A stretch of 64,000 bases of DNA from a virus. The position numbers were made by a program, and so were the translations under genes. The notes beneath the pieces are model-generated. The model saw nothing but the letters and a program-made list of their open reading frames with translations, made no database searches and was not told the DNA's origin. The number at the start of each line of letters is the position of its first letter. The stretch's first letter is position 1. Positions 35,671 through 45,516 of the stretch are shown one piece after another. The stretch is taken from the IMG/VR virus record IMGVR_UViG_3300028025_003409, positions 45,058 to 109,057 of that record. One strand, written 5' to 3'.

Positions 35671-36432
35671 TTAGATACCCATCTCTTTACGTTTTTGCGT
35701 AGCCGAAATAGCATGAATGTCTGCCCCCAAATCCACTTGTTCAATCTTATATCCTACATCACGACCATATACAATGTTGGTAATGTTAGGAAGTCTTAGT
35801 ACTAATGCGCCATCCATAAATTCATCCTTAGCAATATACTCTTTTACCTGATCAAACTTAAGTGGATCCTTTTCGCTTGTATTATATGTATTACGGACTC
35901 CAAGTAGTACTTGGTCTGTTCTCTTCCCCGCTTCTTTGTAAAGAGCGTGGTGGCCTTCGTGCCATGGCTGATACCTACCCAGCATAAGAGTTGTAGGTGC
36001 AGACCAATCGTGTAGCCCAAACTTATCAATGATATGGGATGCCTTTGCTTCTGCATCTAGATTGTGACCAACAAATGATACATCAAACTCTGTTGGTCTT
36101 TCAAACATCTTGTTTGTGTCCTCAAAGCGACCCTCCGCAATTGTGTCCATAAAGACCAGAATATCTGGCTTTCCAAATGCTGCACGAGTTAGGTCTGTTG
36201 GACAAACAAAATCCACAATTACTGGCGCTACACCCTGCTTAGAGATAAGTCTTGCCATCTCACCCATACGACGAGCCTGCTCAAGTCTATCTTCTGGGGC
36301 AAACCCTAAGTCTGAATTGACTGTTGCACGGACTTCATCTGCATTAAGATGAATGGCATTAATACGCTCTTTTAGGGCCTTTGCTAGTTCTGTTTTACCA
36401 GAACCAGGTAGGCCAATAATCTGAATAATCAT
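35671..36432 (-). CDS. adenylylsulfate kinase-like domain fused to a HIGH-family nucleotidyltransferase
   Basis: GLPGSGKT, NADEVR...DLGFAPEDR...FVCP; GRYQPWHEGH...ISAT. Confidence 0.8.
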   Translation of the reverse strand: MIIQIIGLPGSGKTELAKALKERINAIHLNADEVRATVNSDLGFAPEDRLEQARRMGEMARLISKQGVAPVIVDFVCPTDLTRAAFGKPDILVFMDTIAEGRFEDTNKMFERPTEFDVSFVGHNLDAEAKASHIIDKFGLHDWSAPTTLMLGRYQPWHEGHHALYKEAGKRTDQVLLGVRNTYNTSEKDPLKFDQVKEYIAKDEFMDGALVLRLPNITNIVYGRDVGYKIEQVDLGADIHAISATQKRKEMGI

Positions 36433-36683
36433 TAGTAGTCTTTACCCTTTGCCTTGTTTTCAACAAGTTTTTCTCGCTCATCAATGATACTGATCATAAA
36501 AGACATCATGCTATTGTAGCCATCTGGGATTGCCATAATCTTGTTATAGTGATGTCCACAGAACAAGAGATCCCCACTGATACCCGTTACTTTAACTAAG
36601 GCTTCAGCGCTGCATCTATCACAACGGTCATGTGGAGATAGTTGCCAATCTTGCTTAACCTCATCTTTAATCATTGTAAACAT
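36432..36683 (-). CDS. actinobacterial-type zinc-finger protein
   Basis: LSPHDRCDRCSAEA...LLFCGHH. Confidence 0.65.
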   Translation of the reverse strand: MFTMIKDEVKQDWQLSPHDRCDRCSAEALVKVTGISGDLLFCGHHYNKIMAIPDGYNSMMSFMISIIDEREKLVENKAKGKDY

Positions 36684-36687
36684 TATA

Positions 36688-36873
36688 CTACTTCTTTCTG
36701 TTGTCGGTGGAATAAAATCCAGAACCATTAAAAACGGCTCCTACATTAGAGTATACACGAACTAAAGGCTTATTGCAAGTCTCACACTCATACCCTGGAT
36801 CTTCTTCAGAAATACCACGAGTTTTTAAATATCTCGTAGCACAAACCATACAATCATATTCATATGCTGGCAT
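36688..36873 (-). CDS. FmdB-family zinc ribbon protein
   Basis: MPAYEYDC..C...CETC...FNGSGFYSTD. Confidence 0.85.
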   Translation of the reverse strand: MPAYEYDCMVCATRYLKTRGISEEDPGYECETCNKPLVRVYSNVGAVFNGSGFYSTDNRKK

Positions 36874-36978
36874 AATGTTACTTTTTCTTTTTAAGTTGCC
36901 AAATTGGAAGGTTAATCTTAGTATCTTCTAGTTTGTAGCCAAGAATAGAAACAAATAGTCTAATAATTTTAATTCTCA

Positions 36979-37179
36979 TTACTTTACCTTATTTCCAAAC
37001 TTTGCCCACACTCTTTCGTGAAGAAAATATCCAAGTGCTTCCCAACCGATATAAATAAGAGCACCAAGACTAGCATACTCCCACTCACCAGTAAATAAAT
37101 AAATCACACCAGCAACTCCAACAAGGTGAAATGTTTCCCAACTTGCTGTCTTTAGTAAAGTTCTTCTAGTTGATTCCAT
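36979..37179 (-). CDS. DUF2061 membrane protein
   Basis: MESTRRTLLKTASW...YFLHERVW. Confidence 0.75.
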   Translation of the reverse strand: MESTRRTLLKTASWETFHLVGVAGVIYLFTGEWEYASLGALIYIGWEALGYFLHERVWAKFGNKVK

Positions 37180-37817
37180 TATAGAGCCACAGAACCCTTT
37201 CCTCCGCCACCTGATGACTTCTTTACAGCAGGCTTTGCAGGTGTTGATGCTACCTTGTTTAGCAACGGAGCATTTTCTTCTCCAGTATAAACTGGACGAC
37301 CCCAACCAACTACAGCATTAACCAACTTCTTCTTATTGTTCTTTACATAGCCACGAGTCTTCTCAACGCACATTCCTCCGTTGCGCTGATCTCCCTTTGC
37401 AGTTCCTGATGTATTTCCTTCAACAACTTGGATAGTTCCATCGCCATTGTTCTTAATGCAAAGACCAACATGTGAAATACGATTTACACCGTCTTCTGGG
37501 AAATCAAAATAGATCCAGTCTCCTGGCATTGGATCATCGTTACGAGCATCTGACCAACGGCCTTCCTTCTTGAACTGATCTGACGCTGCTACTGTTGATG
37601 CAGACTTTGGAAACTTTGAAACTCCCGCAGTAAATGCACACCAAGAAACGAATGATTGGCACCATGGTTGGAAGTTAACCTTCATCCATGCACCATACTT
37701 TGTTTCGTTATCCTTAGGACCCTCAATGGTTCCTAGTTCTTTCTTTGCAACCGCAATGATTGCTTCTACAGATCCCTTTGCTGGCTTACTAGATCCTCCT
37801 GATATTGCTTCTTTCAT
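37179..37817 (-). CDS. CHAP-domain peptidoglycan hydrolase (endolysin candidate)
   Basis: PWCQSFVSW, PGDWIYF, SHVGL, VEGNT. Confidence 0.88.
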   Translation of the reverse strand: MKEAISGGSSKPAKGSVEAIIAVAKKELGTIEGPKDNETKYGAWMKVNFQPWCQSFVSWCAFTAGVSKFPKSASTVAASDQFKKEGRWSDARNDDPMPGDWIYFDFPEDGVNRISHVGLCIKNNGDGTIQVVEGNTSGTAKGDQRNGGMCVEKTRGYVKNNKKKLVNAVVGWGRPVYTGEENAPLLNKVASTPAKPAVKKSSGGGGKGSVAL

Positions 37818-37986
37818 TACATTATCTCCTTTTCATTTTTAAATGTCATATGACTCATATCATGAACTTCTTCAAAACTTACTTTTAATGCTTGCTTAGC
37901 AAGTTTTTTATAAGCAATACAAAGTTCTTCATATTTCTTATACATAAAGTTAAGTTCTGATAAAAGTTCTTCTTCTCTATTTCTCA

Positions 37987-38664
37987 TTACTCTGTCCCAT
38001 CTGTATATATCTTGTTACTCATATTATGATACCAGTTAGGAAGGGCATATCTTGTTCCCTTTGTCACTGCAGCAACTTCATGAACATATACAAACATTGA
38101 TGGGAAAAAGATGGCACTGCCAGCACCTGGCTTGACTGTAACCCCATTCCCTACGTATGGAAATGTTATCTCTCCTCCATCAAAATCATCATTTAGATAT
38201 AGGACAACTGATAGCGTTCTACTGCTACTGCCATGGTCAGTATGCGCTGGCAAATACCCTGCTGTCTCATACTTTAATATACTCATGTTATCCTCTTTGC
38301 CCTTTAAGTTTCTAGATGCATATGGGTAAATTTCTGTTGAATAGTGCTTAAAACTAGAATCAAGTGCGCTGAATAGTCTATCGGATATTGATGAGTATTC
38401 TGCATAGTACATATCTTTTTCATTCATATCTTCTGTTCTTGGAAGCCAACGCTGTTTGCAAAAATGAAGAGTCATTGTTCCATTGTCATGATCCCAGTTG
38501 TGCCAAGGCTTTACAAAACTTTCTGCAGCGCCTGGTACTCCATTTTTAATATCGTTTTCTATCCTATTATTTAGTTCTTCTATATCTGAAATAATTTGAT
38601 ATGGATCTTCAATAAGATTTTTATAAAAAACTAAACCATCTCCTAATTTTTCATATGTAAACAT
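37987..38664 (-). CDS. 2OG-Fe(II) oxygenase (P4H-like)
   Basis: HTD...YLNDDFDGGEITF...HEV...GTRY. Confidence 0.9.
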   Translation of the reverse strand: MFTYEKLGDGLVFYKNLIEDPYQIISDIEELNNRIENDIKNGVPGAAESFVKPWHNWDHDNGTMTLHFCKQRWLPRTEDMNEKDMYYAEYSSISDRLFSALDSSFKHYSTEIYPYASRNLKGKEDNMSILKYETAGYLPAHTDHGSSSRTLSVVLYLNDDFDGGEITFPYVGNGVTVKPGAGSAIFFPSMFVYVHEVAAVTKGTRYALPNWYHNMSNKIYTDGTE

Positions 38665-39485
38665 TATTTTCCAACTTTCTTCTCTACATTGAACATTCTC
38701 TTGTCGTCTTCAGTTAATTGTGAGTCATCTCCAAAAACTGGCTCTGGCAATCCATCAACACTCTTTACATGATCTACATATAGTTCTTGCCAAATGTGAA
38801 GTCTTTGCTTTTGAAAATCAAGGAAGTCTTTATCTTGTATGTACTCGTTGCCATAAAGATTTTTCCAATGATCCTTTCTAATTAAATGAAAGAATAAAAC
38901 CTTATAGTTCTCTTCTGGATTATCCGAATTCCATGCTGGCCTGTAATGAAAGTCTAGTTCTGGTTGAACAATAATTGCATCATTTGGCTTTGTTATAAAT
39001 TCTTTATCGTGTGCAATAAAACCCCAGTCACGATTTCCACCAATATGAAGATCAACCATATAGCATCCTGGAGACCAGTCTAGGTGAACTTGCAAAAATG
39101 GCTTACGGCCTTCTGCTGTTATTTGGTGATGTGCGTATAGATAATAGCCTAACTCCACATCTTTTGTTCCTAGCAAGTCTTGTGTTCTTTTGATAGCCTT
39201 ATCAAAGAAATGTTGCGGAATAGTGATTGCATCTTCCCATTTATTCATTTGCTTTGTATATGCAATATCCTTGACATCTTTAGACTCTAGTATACCCTTT
39301 AATTCTTCAAAATCATTTTTATCAAAGAAGTTTTCTACTAGAAATGGATCAAAGAATAAAACATTCTTTCTAAACATTTCTTCAAATTTGAGGTAATGAT
39401 CTCTACTACAAAATTTCCAGTCGATCATGCTCTCATCTGGATGATTTTCCAGCATTGCAAATGTTGTATCTCTAAAATTTACCAT
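38664..39485 (-). CDS. 2OG-Fe(II) oxygenase-like
   Basis: VHLD...HYR...LFFH. Confidence 0.6.
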   Translation of the reverse strand: MVNFRDTTFAMLENHPDESMIDWKFCSRDHYLKFEEMFRKNVLFFDPFLVENFFDKNDFEELKGILESKDVKDIAYTKQMNKWEDAITIPQHFFDKAIKRTQDLLGTKDVELGYYLYAHHQITAEGRKPFLQVHLDWSPGCYMVDLHIGGNRDWGFIAHDKEFITKPNDAIIVQPELDFHYRPAWNSDNPEENYKVLFFHLIRKDHWKNLYGNEYIQDKDFLDFQKQRLHIWQELYVDHVKSVDGLPEPVFGDDSQLTEDDKRMFNVEKKVGK

Positions 39486-39487
39486 AA

Positions 39488-40033
39488 TTAGTCCAAGTCT
39501 GGATCTACATGTTCGAGTTGAGTTGTGTGCATATAAAGCAGAGTAGATCGTTCTCCACTTTCAACTGGTGTAATTCCGTGCTTCCAATCGCTGCCATCGC
39601 TAATAAAGAATACTCCAGAATATTTTTTTGGAACATACTCAAAGTTTTTTGCAGGGAAAAATATTGTTCCACCCTCAAAATTATCATTCAAATATATAAC
39701 TGTGCTGTACTCAATAAATGGTTCTGGGTCTTGGTCATCAACATGAACCAAGCCATATCCCCCTGGGCTCCATGTAGATCCAAAACACTTGAATGTTTTT
39801 ATTTCATTTGGCTCTTCTGGATTTAGTTTTTGCAATAACTCATTTGACTTTAGAGCATATTTTTTTTGTATTGCTAAAACCCGACTGTTGTATGGATATC
39901 CCGTTCCACCAAACCTAGTTTTATAATATTCTGGATAAGGATTTACCTCAGATGGTGTAGACATTTCTTCTAATAGTATCGCTGCATCTTCTGCAGATAT
40001 AAAATCTTCAACAACTACTGGAACTGTAAGCAT
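39488..40033 (-). CDS. 2OG-Fe(II) oxygenase (P4H-like)
   Basis: HVD...YLNDNFEGG...HGITPVESGER. Confidence 0.88.
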   Translation of the reverse strand: MLTVPVVVEDFISAEDAAILLEEMSTPSEVNPYPEYYKTRFGGTGYPYNSRVLAIQKKYALKSNELLQKLNPEEPNEIKTFKCFGSTWSPGGYGLVHVDDQDPEPFIEYSTVIYLNDNFEGGTIFFPAKNFEYVPKKYSGVFFISDGSDWKHGITPVESGERSTLLYMHTTQLEHVDPDLD

Positions 40034-40059
40034 TTTTTTCCTCCTAACATATTATACCA

Positions 40060-40902
40060 CTACTCTATACTTCGTACATTGCTGATAAATCTTGTTTCAT
40101 TCATCTCGTCGAGATCCATAGCGGTGTTATACGATGTGTCATCATGAGAAAATGGAAGCCATGACAGTTTGCTAAAATCAAAGCCTGTCAAACTATATAG
40201 TTTATCTACACATGAAAGACCATCAAAAAAGGCATTGGACTCTTTAACAAATAGACTTGTCACTAGGTCATAGTTATGCTTTAAAGAAAAAGGAACATAG
40301 TCTACTCCACTAATGCCACTATCAAGTCTACGGCACCATGCGCTGGCAATTGCAAAAATAGGAACATCTTTACTGCAAGCATACATTGAATAAACTTCTT
40401 CTAATCCATAATGCTTTAGTCTAGACAAGTTTGGAAAATCTTTAAACATTTCAGTTGTCATAAAAATAAAATCTTGAGATATCCAATTAGTCATGGTTGT
40501 TGTGTTAAGTGCTGCTTTAAAATAGTTAGGATAAAACTTATATTGTGGAACAAAATTTATTAAAGCATTTCCACTAAGTACGCAAGGTCTTCCTCCATGC
40601 CCCATAACCAATTCTAAATCCCAATTTTTTTCAAACATGATTGCACCATCAATATACATAAAATAGTCTTTGTCACATTCTAATAAAGAATTGTTTAGAT
40701 ATGTAAAGGGAGACTCTAGAGAGTCCCAGTAAACATGGCTATATGATACATCTGGAAACTTTTCTTCTCTATCTATGTTAACCTGGTCATACACTGAAAC
40801 TACTATATTGTGATGACCACTCTGATTATTAATTAATGAAGATACTGCTTCTGGAAGTTCTTTACTTTTGTATCCATACACATGTACAAATATGCTCTTC
40901 AT
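40060..40902 (-). CDS. GT-A glycosyltransferase-like (resembles Skp1/hydroxyproline GlcNAc-transferase family)
   Basis: SIFVHVYGYKSKEL start, YFMYIDGAIMFEKNWD, YGLEE. Confidence 0.5.
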   Translation of the reverse strand: MKSIFVHVYGYKSKELPEAVSSLINNQSGHHNIVVSVYDQVNIDREEKFPDVSYSHVYWDSLESPFTYLNNSLLECDKDYFMYIDGAIMFEKNWDLELVMGHGGRPCVLSGNALINFVPQYKFYPNYFKAALNTTTMTNWISQDFIFMTTEMFKDFPNLSRLKHYGLEEVYSMYACSKDVPIFAIASAWCRRLDSGISGVDYVPFSLKHNYDLVTSLFVKESNAFFDGLSCVDKLYSLTGFDFSKLSWLPFSHDDTSYNTAMDLDEMNETRFISNVRSIE

Positions 40903-40903
40903 T

Positions 40904-41560
40904 TTATAGTAACGGAATCCAGTGTTGCTCAATAGTACCTGGATTATCAATCAAAGACTGAAGAGGCTCAATGTCGTATGCAAGTGTGATTCTTGCTCCA
41001 TTCCAGTTCCAGTCTCCCATGGCATGAGGATGACCCATTTCAGAAATAACTAGCCTATTATTTTTATTAACATTATCTACAACCCTACTAGTTCCATCAT
41101 TAATTTGGTAATGAGTTATAGATGGCTCTGCTGCGATGCAATAGTATCCATGAAAATGTGGAGCAAATGGTCCGCCATGATCATGCCAGTTTAACTTACC
41201 AACCTCTGAGTGATTTATGTTAAACCATCCCTGGACCATATACTTTTGTTCTTCAAAATTAATTCCATAATATTCACAGGCTTCACGAGTTGCTTCTGAA
41301 ATTCCTTTAAAAACATTATAGATTTCATTATTTGAAAACTGAAAAACATTGTACTCTCTCCACTTAACAGTAGAAAGACTTCCAGATTCTACCCACGCTT
41401 CTTCCTGTCCTAATTCATCTACACCACGCAGTTTTGCTGATTGGATTAATTCATATTTTTCTGTTAAGAATTTTGAAAGTTTATCCAGGTCATTGTCTAG
41501 GTAGCGCTCAAAAAATTTATGAGGCTTAGTTGAAACCTGAACTGTCTTGCTTGCTATCAT
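40904..41560 (-). CDS. 2OG-Fe(II) oxygenase-like
   Basis: WFNIN...WHDH...HGYYC...HPH...RITLAYD. Confidence 0.7.
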   Translation of the reverse strand: MIASKTVQVSTKPHKFFERYLDNDLDKLSKFLTEKYELIQSAKLRGVDELGQEEAWVESGSLSTVKWREYNVFQFSNNEIYNVFKGISEATREACEYYGINFEEQKYMVQGWFNINHSEVGKLNWHDHGGPFAPHFHGYYCIAAEPSITHYQINDGTSRVVDNVNKNNRLVISEMGHPHAMGDWNWNGARITLAYDIEPLQSLIDNPGTIEQHWIPLL

Positions 41561-41589
41561 TTTTTCCCCTTTGTTATATAACTATTATA

Positions 41590-42330
41590 CTACAGATCTC
41601 TTTTGGTGTATTGCTTTTTGCGCCAGGCAAATTTTCTATAATGTGCAGTAATGTGAGACCTTCTGTTTTCAGATAGTAGTTCATGCTTGTCTAACATTTC
41701 CTGTGATTGATCAATGACCAGGTTCCAATTATCTCTCTTGATTGGAATCATCTGAGCAATTGGAGTTCCCTTTGGTATTACCCCTTCAAAATTTCTTTTA
41801 ATAAACAGCGGAAGGAAAGCAGGCAACCCCCATATATCAGAGTCAACAATACCAGATGGAGTCCAGAAAGGCAGGTCTGGTCTGTTTAGTGGCATTGTCA
41901 TTAGTAAAGAGTAGTCTGGTGGAGTTTCATAAAACCAATTCATTTTAACACCAAAATGTATTGGATGAACATCATCGGGTATAGCCATATCTACATATGG
42001 CCTTTTGTCAATAAGCATTAGGTCAGAGTCCCAAGATAGTCTTGGCTTACCACTCTTAGAAAGTTCTACTGTAAGATTTCCCTCTAGACAATACATGTAC
42101 CCAAGAGACATTGCGTCCTGAAATGGCAGACACAGTTTTGTAGAAACATTAGATCCGTCTCCACCCCTATCATTAATTGGATCGAGATTTTCTAAATCAT
42201 TTGAAACATAGTGCTTTGCAAGATCACGATACCATTGAGGTATTTTTTTATATGCAGGCTCTGGTGGTAAATAGTCTGGGTGATTTCCAGCAACAAAAAT
42301 AATATCAATTTCTTTATCTGTATTGCTCAT
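41590..42330 (-). CDS. DUF6065-like protein
   Basis: IPQWYR, KLCLPFQDAMSLGY, GIVDSD, IPKGTPIAQMIP. Confidence 0.6.
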   Translation of the reverse strand: MSNTDKEIDIIFVAGNHPDYLPPEPAYKKIPQWYRDLAKHYVSNDLENLDPINDRGGDGSNVSTKLCLPFQDAMSLGYMYCLEGNLTVELSKSGKPRLSWDSDLMLIDKRPYVDMAIPDDVHPIHFGVKMNWFYETPPDYSLLMTMPLNRPDLPFWTPSGIVDSDIWGLPAFLPLFIKRNFEGVIPKGTPIAQMIPIKRDNWNLVIDQSQEMLDKHELLSENRRSHITAHYRKFAWRKKQYTKRDL

Positions 42331-42955
42331 TTATTTTTTCCAAGTCTTTGTCGTTTAGATTTAGCGTTATGTCATACATTGGTGTTCCTATTTCAATTAT
42401 ACCATAATTAGAATTTTTCATATGAGCACCGAACCTTTTTATCTTAAAGTCAATAAAAGGCACATCTATAAAATCTAAAATAATATCATTTTCTTTTGTA
42501 TTAATTATTGATTTCTCAGAATAAAAGCAGTCTCCTGCTGGACTAATCTCTATCATAGAATTCAGATCTATTATCCATGGCATATAAAATTTATATGTTG
42601 GCTCGAAAGAATCTGGGTCGTCAATTTTATTTTCAGATGGATAGAACTGTCTTTGGTGACACTTATCTAAGGCATAAAGATCGTCACTTTTTATATCTAC
42701 CCAAATTTCAGCATGGGTTTTTTGTCTAAGTTTTACAGTATTATTGTTTATTGACAATATTTCTGGTCTTGGGTATAGATTTGACACATATCTATTGACT
42801 GGTTTTACTATACTATTTCTATATTTTTCTTCAATTAGAGAGTATTTTGACCATTTTGCTGGGACCCTTGATCCCGTAAGTATTTGACTAAAAGAAAGTT
42901 CAGAACTATTTAGCCAAAATTCACTTCCACGCATTCCATTTTTAACCTCAATCAT
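42314..42955 (-). CDS. hypothetical protein related to neighbor
   Basis: KFYMPW...IEIGTPMYD. Confidence 0.55.
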   Translation of the reverse strand: MIEVKNGMRGSEFWLNSSELSFSQILTGSRVPAKWSKYSLIEEKYRNSIVKPVNRYVSNLYPRPEILSINNNTVKLRQKTHAEIWVDIKSDDLYALDKCHQRQFYPSENKIDDPDSFEPTYKFYMPWIIDLNSMIEISPAGDCFYSEKSIINTKENDIILDFIDVPFIDFKIKRFGAHMKNSNYGIIEIGTPMYDITLNLNDKDLEKINEQYR

Positions 42956-43626
42956 TATTTACGCATAACGATCTCATTAAAACTATCTTCTTGGTACTCA
43001 TATCCACCATGGTTTGGTTCTTCTAAAAATTCCGCACCGTATTCTCTTACATCAAATCCGTGGAAGAATGGCAGTGTGTATCTTCCGACACTACCCTCAT
43101 TAGGGAAAATGCTAGTGACTTGGTGCATATAAAATGATGGGAACATGCAGAGACTTCCTGCAGAAGGTTTAAACCCATAGTCAAAGTCTTCAAAATATAG
43201 TTCTCCTCCATCAAAATCATCAGTTAGATAAACCAAAGAACTAATTGGTAGCCCTAGCCTTAACTTGTCATCTTCTGTTGGCATGCCTTCGTGACCATCT
43301 CTATGTCCTTGTAGGCCACCGCTAGTCCATCTAACTATTTCAATATCTCTTTTCCAGTTTAGCCTGGTCACCCTTAGTTCATGGGATGCAGCGTATTCTC
43401 CAATAATAAAGGTATATGCTTTTTTTTCTAACTCTATCATTAAGTCTTTAACTTCTTTATCTTTTATGCCAACAAAGGGAAACACTATTCTTCCATACTG
43501 ATCTATCACATCTGAATACTTATCTTTGGATGCTATCTTTTCTGCATAAGATATAATTAAATCTGCTTCATCTTTAGTTACAAAATTTTTCTTTTCATGA
43601 ATTTTACTTACATCCCAATTAAACAT
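42955..43626 (-). CDS. 2OG-Fe(II) oxygenase (P4H-like)
   Basis: HRD...YLTDDFDGGELYF...HQV...RY. Confidence 0.88.
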   Translation of the reverse strand: MFNWDVSKIHEKKNFVTKDEADLIISYAEKIASKDKYSDVIDQYGRIVFPFVGIKDKEVKDLMIELEKKAYTFIIGEYAASHELRVTRLNWKRDIEIVRWTSGGLQGHRDGHEGMPTEDDKLRLGLPISSLVYLTDDFDGGELYFEDFDYGFKPSAGSLCMFPSFYMHQVTSIFPNEGSVGRYTLPFFHGFDVREYGAEFLEEPNHGGYEYQEDSFNEIVMRK

Positions 43627-44539
43627 TTTTCACATCCTTTTCTTTATATATTGAGGAAAACGCATCAAAAAATCTATCAGCAATTAGTTTATGATATCCA
43701 ATTCCTGGATGATTTCTATCTCTTGCCATATACCAATATGGGTCATTTTCTGTATTTTCTTCAATAGTGTATGATTCACGACTTGGTACATCTATATAAT
43801 TATTAAAGCCAAGTTCTTCTGACATCTTTTTATAATCTTCAGACCATGTGGACCAAATAAGGTCTATACCTAAGGCCCTACAAACAAATTCTAAATTATG
43901 AATGTAGTCTGTTGCAAATAAAATACTTTCTTCAATCACATAACTTTCCATAAAATGTTTTACTCCATTATTTTTTTTGTAATTTTCATGGTGTGGTTGA
44001 GTTATGGTTACCTTAATAAAACTTCTGCTATTATTTTGATCTTGATACTTTATTGTTCTTTCAAACCCTGGGAATAATACAAAAAGATAATCTGGCTTTC
44101 CATATTTTTCTATATAGATTCTTAGGTTTTTGCAAATTTGAAAAACATTACTACCACCAAGGGCTATGTTTCTATGCTCTACATTTTTATTTGAAACTTT
44201 TGATATCATCTTTATAACTTTTGCTGGCCATGCATAGTCCGATGGTAGGCCTGCACCATGAGTAAATGAACAACCAGAAAATAAAATATTTAAATTTTCG
44301 CCACTAAGTTTTTCAAAATGCTTCGTCCTAAATCCATCGAGATTAATCTTATAATCAAAGTATGGTCCGTCAGAAATAACTTCATGGTCGTAGAGTCTAA
44401 ACTTTACCATATAGTCATCTTCATCAATTTTTATGGATTGCTCTAGATCAGAATTTACTTTACTGAAATTTTCTCCAGTTTGGTATTCAATCTCTCTCCT
44501 ATCCAAAGCACTATCAAGTAGGGAAAAATTATCAGACAA
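43619..44539 (-). CDS. SGNH-like hydrolase (paralog 2)
   Basis: FSGCSFTHG, ARDRNHPG. Confidence 0.65.
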   Translation of the reverse strand: MSDNFSLLDSALDRREIEYQTGENFSKVNSDLEQSIKIDEDDYMVKFRLYDHEVISDGPYFDYKINLDGFRTKHFEKLSGENLNILFSGCSFTHGAGLPSDYAWPAKVIKMISKVSNKNVEHRNIALGGSNVFQICKNLRIYIEKYGKPDYLFVLFPGFERTIKYQDQNNSRSFIKVTITQPHHENYKKNNGVKHFMESYVIEESILFATDYIHNLEFVCRALGIDLIWSTWSEDYKKMSEELGFNNYIDVPSRESYTIEENTENDPYWYMARDRNHPGIGYHKLIADRFFDAFSSIYKEKDVKNV

Positions 44540-44591
44540 AAGTTCATCCTTGATAAATCTAAAAGATGAATAATCGTAGAGTGAGTTTGGG

Positions 44592-44687
44592 TTAATAGAT
44601 GAAATCTTCTTTTCCTGCTTTCTTGTATATTTTCCTGTAGCGCACTCTAAAGTACACCATCCTAAGCCTATTTATTATTTTTTGCAT
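44592..44687 (-). CDS. 31-aa basic peptide ending DFIY
   Basis: MQKIINRLRMVYFRVRYRKIYKKAGKEDFIY; resembles 46945-47022. Confidence 0.45.
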   Translation of the reverse strand: MQKIINRLRMVYFRVRYRKIYKKAGKEDFIY

Positions 44688-45516
44688 AATCTATTATAGC
44701 ATTAATTAGATTAGTTGACCATACCTTATGAGCGTTTAGCCCTTGGTGACCATCTCTTTTAATGACCTCGTTTTGCTTATATTCAAAAAATTCAGGGTGA
44801 TAATTAAATTCAATAAAGTTTTTAGAAAAGTTTAATTCTGACAATACAGAGTTTTCTAATCTACTCCATGTGCTCCAAAATAATTTTATTTGATTTATTC
44901 TACAATATTCTTCAAACATATTTATATATAAAATAAAATCTATCATTGAGTCCATATATAGTTTTCTGTTTTCTTTTATTTCTAAATGATTAAGATCTTT
45001 CCATTCAATTGTATAAGAGTTTTCGCTATCCAACCACTTAAAAACTCTTGCAACATCTGGGAAAAGTACTACGAAGGCATCTGGCTTTCCAAATTCTTTA
45101 ACATAAAGCAAACAGTTCATTATTATTTTTTGAAATCCAAAGTTGTCAATAGATAGATTATAGAATCCGTCCAGACTTAGTTCATCCTTAATAGCATTAT
45201 ACGTCATTCCAGTCCAACTATCTTCTATGTTGCCACCAATTCCCTCACCTTCAGAGCACCCAGCAAAAACAAACCTATTTTTTTTACTATCTGTTTTTTT
45301 TACAAAATCGTCTGACCTAAAACCCAGACTGTTGTAATGATAGGAAACAGAGCCATCATCTTCTGGAACTGGGATGTTGTTCATTTTAAACATAGGAAAT
45401 TCTTTTGGATGAATTGCAAATGTAGCGTTATGGTGCTCTGAACCTTCAAGGTCAGAGAAAAAGAGAGAGTTACTATTTGTATTGAGTATTGCTTTTACTA
45501 TAGAGTCTTTATCCAT
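44668..45516 (-). CDS. SGNH-like hydrolase (paralog 3)
   Basis: FAGCSEGEG, RDGHQG. Confidence 0.65.
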   Translation of the reverse strand: MDKDSIVKAILNTNSNSLFFSDLEGSEHHNATFAIHPKEFPMFKMNNIPVPEDDGSVSYHYNSLGFRSDDFVKKTDSKKNRFVFAGCSEGEGIGGNIEDSWTGMTYNAIKDELSLDGFYNLSIDNFGFQKIIMNCLLYVKEFGKPDAFVVLFPDVARVFKWLDSENSYTIEWKDLNHLEIKENRKLYMDSMIDFILYINMFEEYCRINQIKLFWSTWSRLENSVLSELNFSKNFIEFNYHPEFFEYKQNEVIKRDGHQGLNAHKVWSTNLINAIIDYAKNNK

